NCBI GenBank assembly: GCA_965199805.1
Contig: CBDATO010000001.1
Location: 891,264 to 955,263 of the forward strand
Length of the DNA: 64,000 bases
Direction of reading: 5' to 3'
Source of the DNA: Frankiaceae bacterium
GTDB lineage: Bacteria; Actinomycetota; Actinomycetes; Frankiales; Frankiaceae
A program made the position numbers and the translations under genes. This document shows, piece after piece, positions 62,628 to 64,000 of the stretch (the first letter of the stretch is position 1; each line of letters opens with the position of its first letter). A model generated the notes under the pieces. It was not told the origin of the DNA. It saw only the letters and a program-made list of their open reading frames with translations, and made no database searches.

Positions 62628-63899
62628 TCACACCGGGGACGGCGGCTCGGTGCCGATGACCCCGAGCTTCTCCAGCCGGTCGAGCTCGTCCTGCTCGAGG
62701 CCGAGGATGCCGGACAGCACCTGCACGTTGTGCTCGCCGACCAGGTGGGCAGGCCAGCGGATCCAGCGGTCGACCCCGGACATGCGGAACGGCTGGCTCG
62801 GCACCAGGTGGGTGCCGACCACGTCGCTGTGCACCTCCTCGAGGTAGCCGCGGGCCATGAGGTGCGGATTTGCCGGCAGGTTGCGCGGGCTGGTGAGGGT
62901 GGCCGCGGGCACACCGGCCGCGATCAGCTCCTCGACCGTCGCGGCCACGTCGCGGCCCCGGGCCCACTCGCCGAGCCGGGCGTCGAGCGCGTCGGCGGCC
63001 GACCGGCGGCCGGCGAAGCCGGCGAGCGCCGGATCCCGCGCCCACTCCGGCGAGCCGAGCACCTGAACCAAAGCCTGCCACTGCTCGTCGGACGCGACCG
63101 ACAGCGCCAGCCACCGCTCGTCGGCGGTGCCCATAGCCTCCGGCGCATGGCAGGCGTAGAGCCCCTGCGGCGCCGCGTACGGCGAGCGGTTGCCGTCACG
63201 CTGCAGCACCGTGCCGGTGGCCGAGTACTCGATGACCTGCTCAGCCGTCATGTTGAGCGCCTGGTCGAGCAGCGGTGCCTCGACGAGCTGGCCCTCGCCG
63301 GTGGCGTCGCGGGCCGCCAGCGCGGTGAGCACGGCGAAGGCGGCGTGCATCCCGCCCATGGGGTCGCACGGGCCGCGCGGCACCAGCGGCTCGCCGTCGG
63401 CGTAACCGGTCACCCAGGCCATGCCCGACATCTGCTCGACGGTCTGGGCGAAGCCGAGCCGGCCCCGCCACGGGCCCTCCAGGCCGAAGGCGGGCATGCG
63501 CATCATGACTGCGCGCGGGTTGATGGCGTGCACCTGCTCCCAGCCGAGCCCCCATTTCTCGAGCACGCGGGGCGTGTAGTTCTCGACCACGACGTCGGCC
63601 CACTCGACCAGCTTGCGGACGAGCTTGCGCCCCTCCTCGGCGGCCTCCTCACCACCGGCCCCGCCCATATCGATGGTGACGCCGAGCTTGTTGGGGTTGA
63701 TCGCCATGTGGAAGCCGCTGTACTCCCACCAGCGGTCACGCCCGAGGAACATGATCGCGCTGGCGAGGCGCATCGGGTCGAGGTGGCTGAGCGACTCGAC
63801 GTGCACGGCCTCGGCCCCGAGGGCGGCGAGCAGCTGGGCCACGGCCGGGCCGGCCCACCACGCGGTGAGGTCGAGCACCTTGAGGCCCCGCAGCGGCAA
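62628..63899 (-). CDS. CaiB/BaiF-family (type III) CoA-transferase; may extend beyond the window
   Basis: LRGLKVLDLTAWWAGP...LGAEAVHVE N-terminal motif. The track start is a TTG at 63899, but the frame has no stop up to nt 64000. The true start, or a second upstream domain, may therefore lie outside the window. Confidence 0.8.
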   Translation of the reverse strand: MPLRGLKVLDLTAWWAGPAVAQLLAALGAEAVHVESLSHLDPMRLASAIMFLGRDRWWEYSGFHMAINPNKLGVTIDMGGAGGEEAAEEGRKLVRKLVEWADVVVENYTPRVLEKWGLGWEQVHAINPRAVMMRMPAFGLEGPWRGRLGFAQTVEQMSGMAWVTGYADGEPLVPRGPCDPMGGMHAAFAVLTALAARDATGEGQLVEAPLLDQALNMTAEQVIEYSATGTVLQRDGNRSPYAAPQGLYACHAPEAMGTADERWLALSVASDEQWQALVQVLGSPEWARDPALAGFAGRRSAADALDARLGEWARGRDVAATVEELIAAGVPAATLTSPRNLPANPHLMARGYLEEVHSDVVGTHLVPSQPFRMSGVDRWIRWPAHLVGEHNVQVLSGILGLEQDELDRLEKLGVIGTEPPSPV

Positions 63900-64000
63900 A
63901 GCACCGTCGGCCGGCGACGCCGCCGCGGGCCGCTCGCGGATAAGCGTGGCCGGGTCGTCGGCGCCGAGCTCGGGGGCGGGCCCGGGCTGCGGGGCGCGCT

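Overview
This is a 64-kb chromosomal core segment from a high-GC actinobacterium. All calls rest on motif and synteny recognition by eye; no searches were run. Gene order over about 18.8-43.1 kb matches, from memory, the Mycobacterium tuberculosis Rv1292-Rv1315 block: argS-lysA-hom-thrC-thrB-rho-rpmE-prfA-prmC-Rv1301-rfe-Rv1303-atpBEFHAGDC-PduO ATR-murA. Left to right, the window holds GlgE-pathway genes (treS 3' end, pep2, glgB), a thioredoxin-TPR protein and an orphan RfbH-like PLP enzyme. These are followed by a hybrid histidine kinase, meaB-thiolase-epimerase, an ECF sigma with a putative anti-sigma, and a DivIVA-domain protein. Next are an SDR, a hydrolase, lsr2, nucS, a MeaA-type B12 mutase, a STAS protein, murA, a PduO-type adenosyltransferase and the full F1F0 ATP synthase operon. 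Then come wecA, glyA, the translation and amino-acid block, and a PRC-barrel/REC/DUF3105 trio. After that lies a decayed locus: a PBP4 pseudogene fused to a truncated sensor kinase, a DUF222/HNH endonuclease and a tRNA-like remnant next to tRNA-Arg(CCG). The right end holds a hopanoid cluster (hpnH, hpnG-ispH fusion, shc, then divergent hpnC-hpnE-hpnD-polyprenyl synthase), a second lsr2, and an F420 oxidoreductase / CoA-transferase pair. I found no CRISPR array, rRNA, intact IS element, integrase or prophage, and no convincing new multi-gene system. The most unusual items are: (1) the kinase::PBP4 deletion chimera beside the tRNA and HNH gene; (2) an atp operon punctuated by two strong terminator-like hairpins; (3) a C-terminally short atpC with a coding-like N-terminal extension; (4) a single-ORF HpnG-IspH fusion; (5) an orphan Lys-to-His RfbH-like enzyme.
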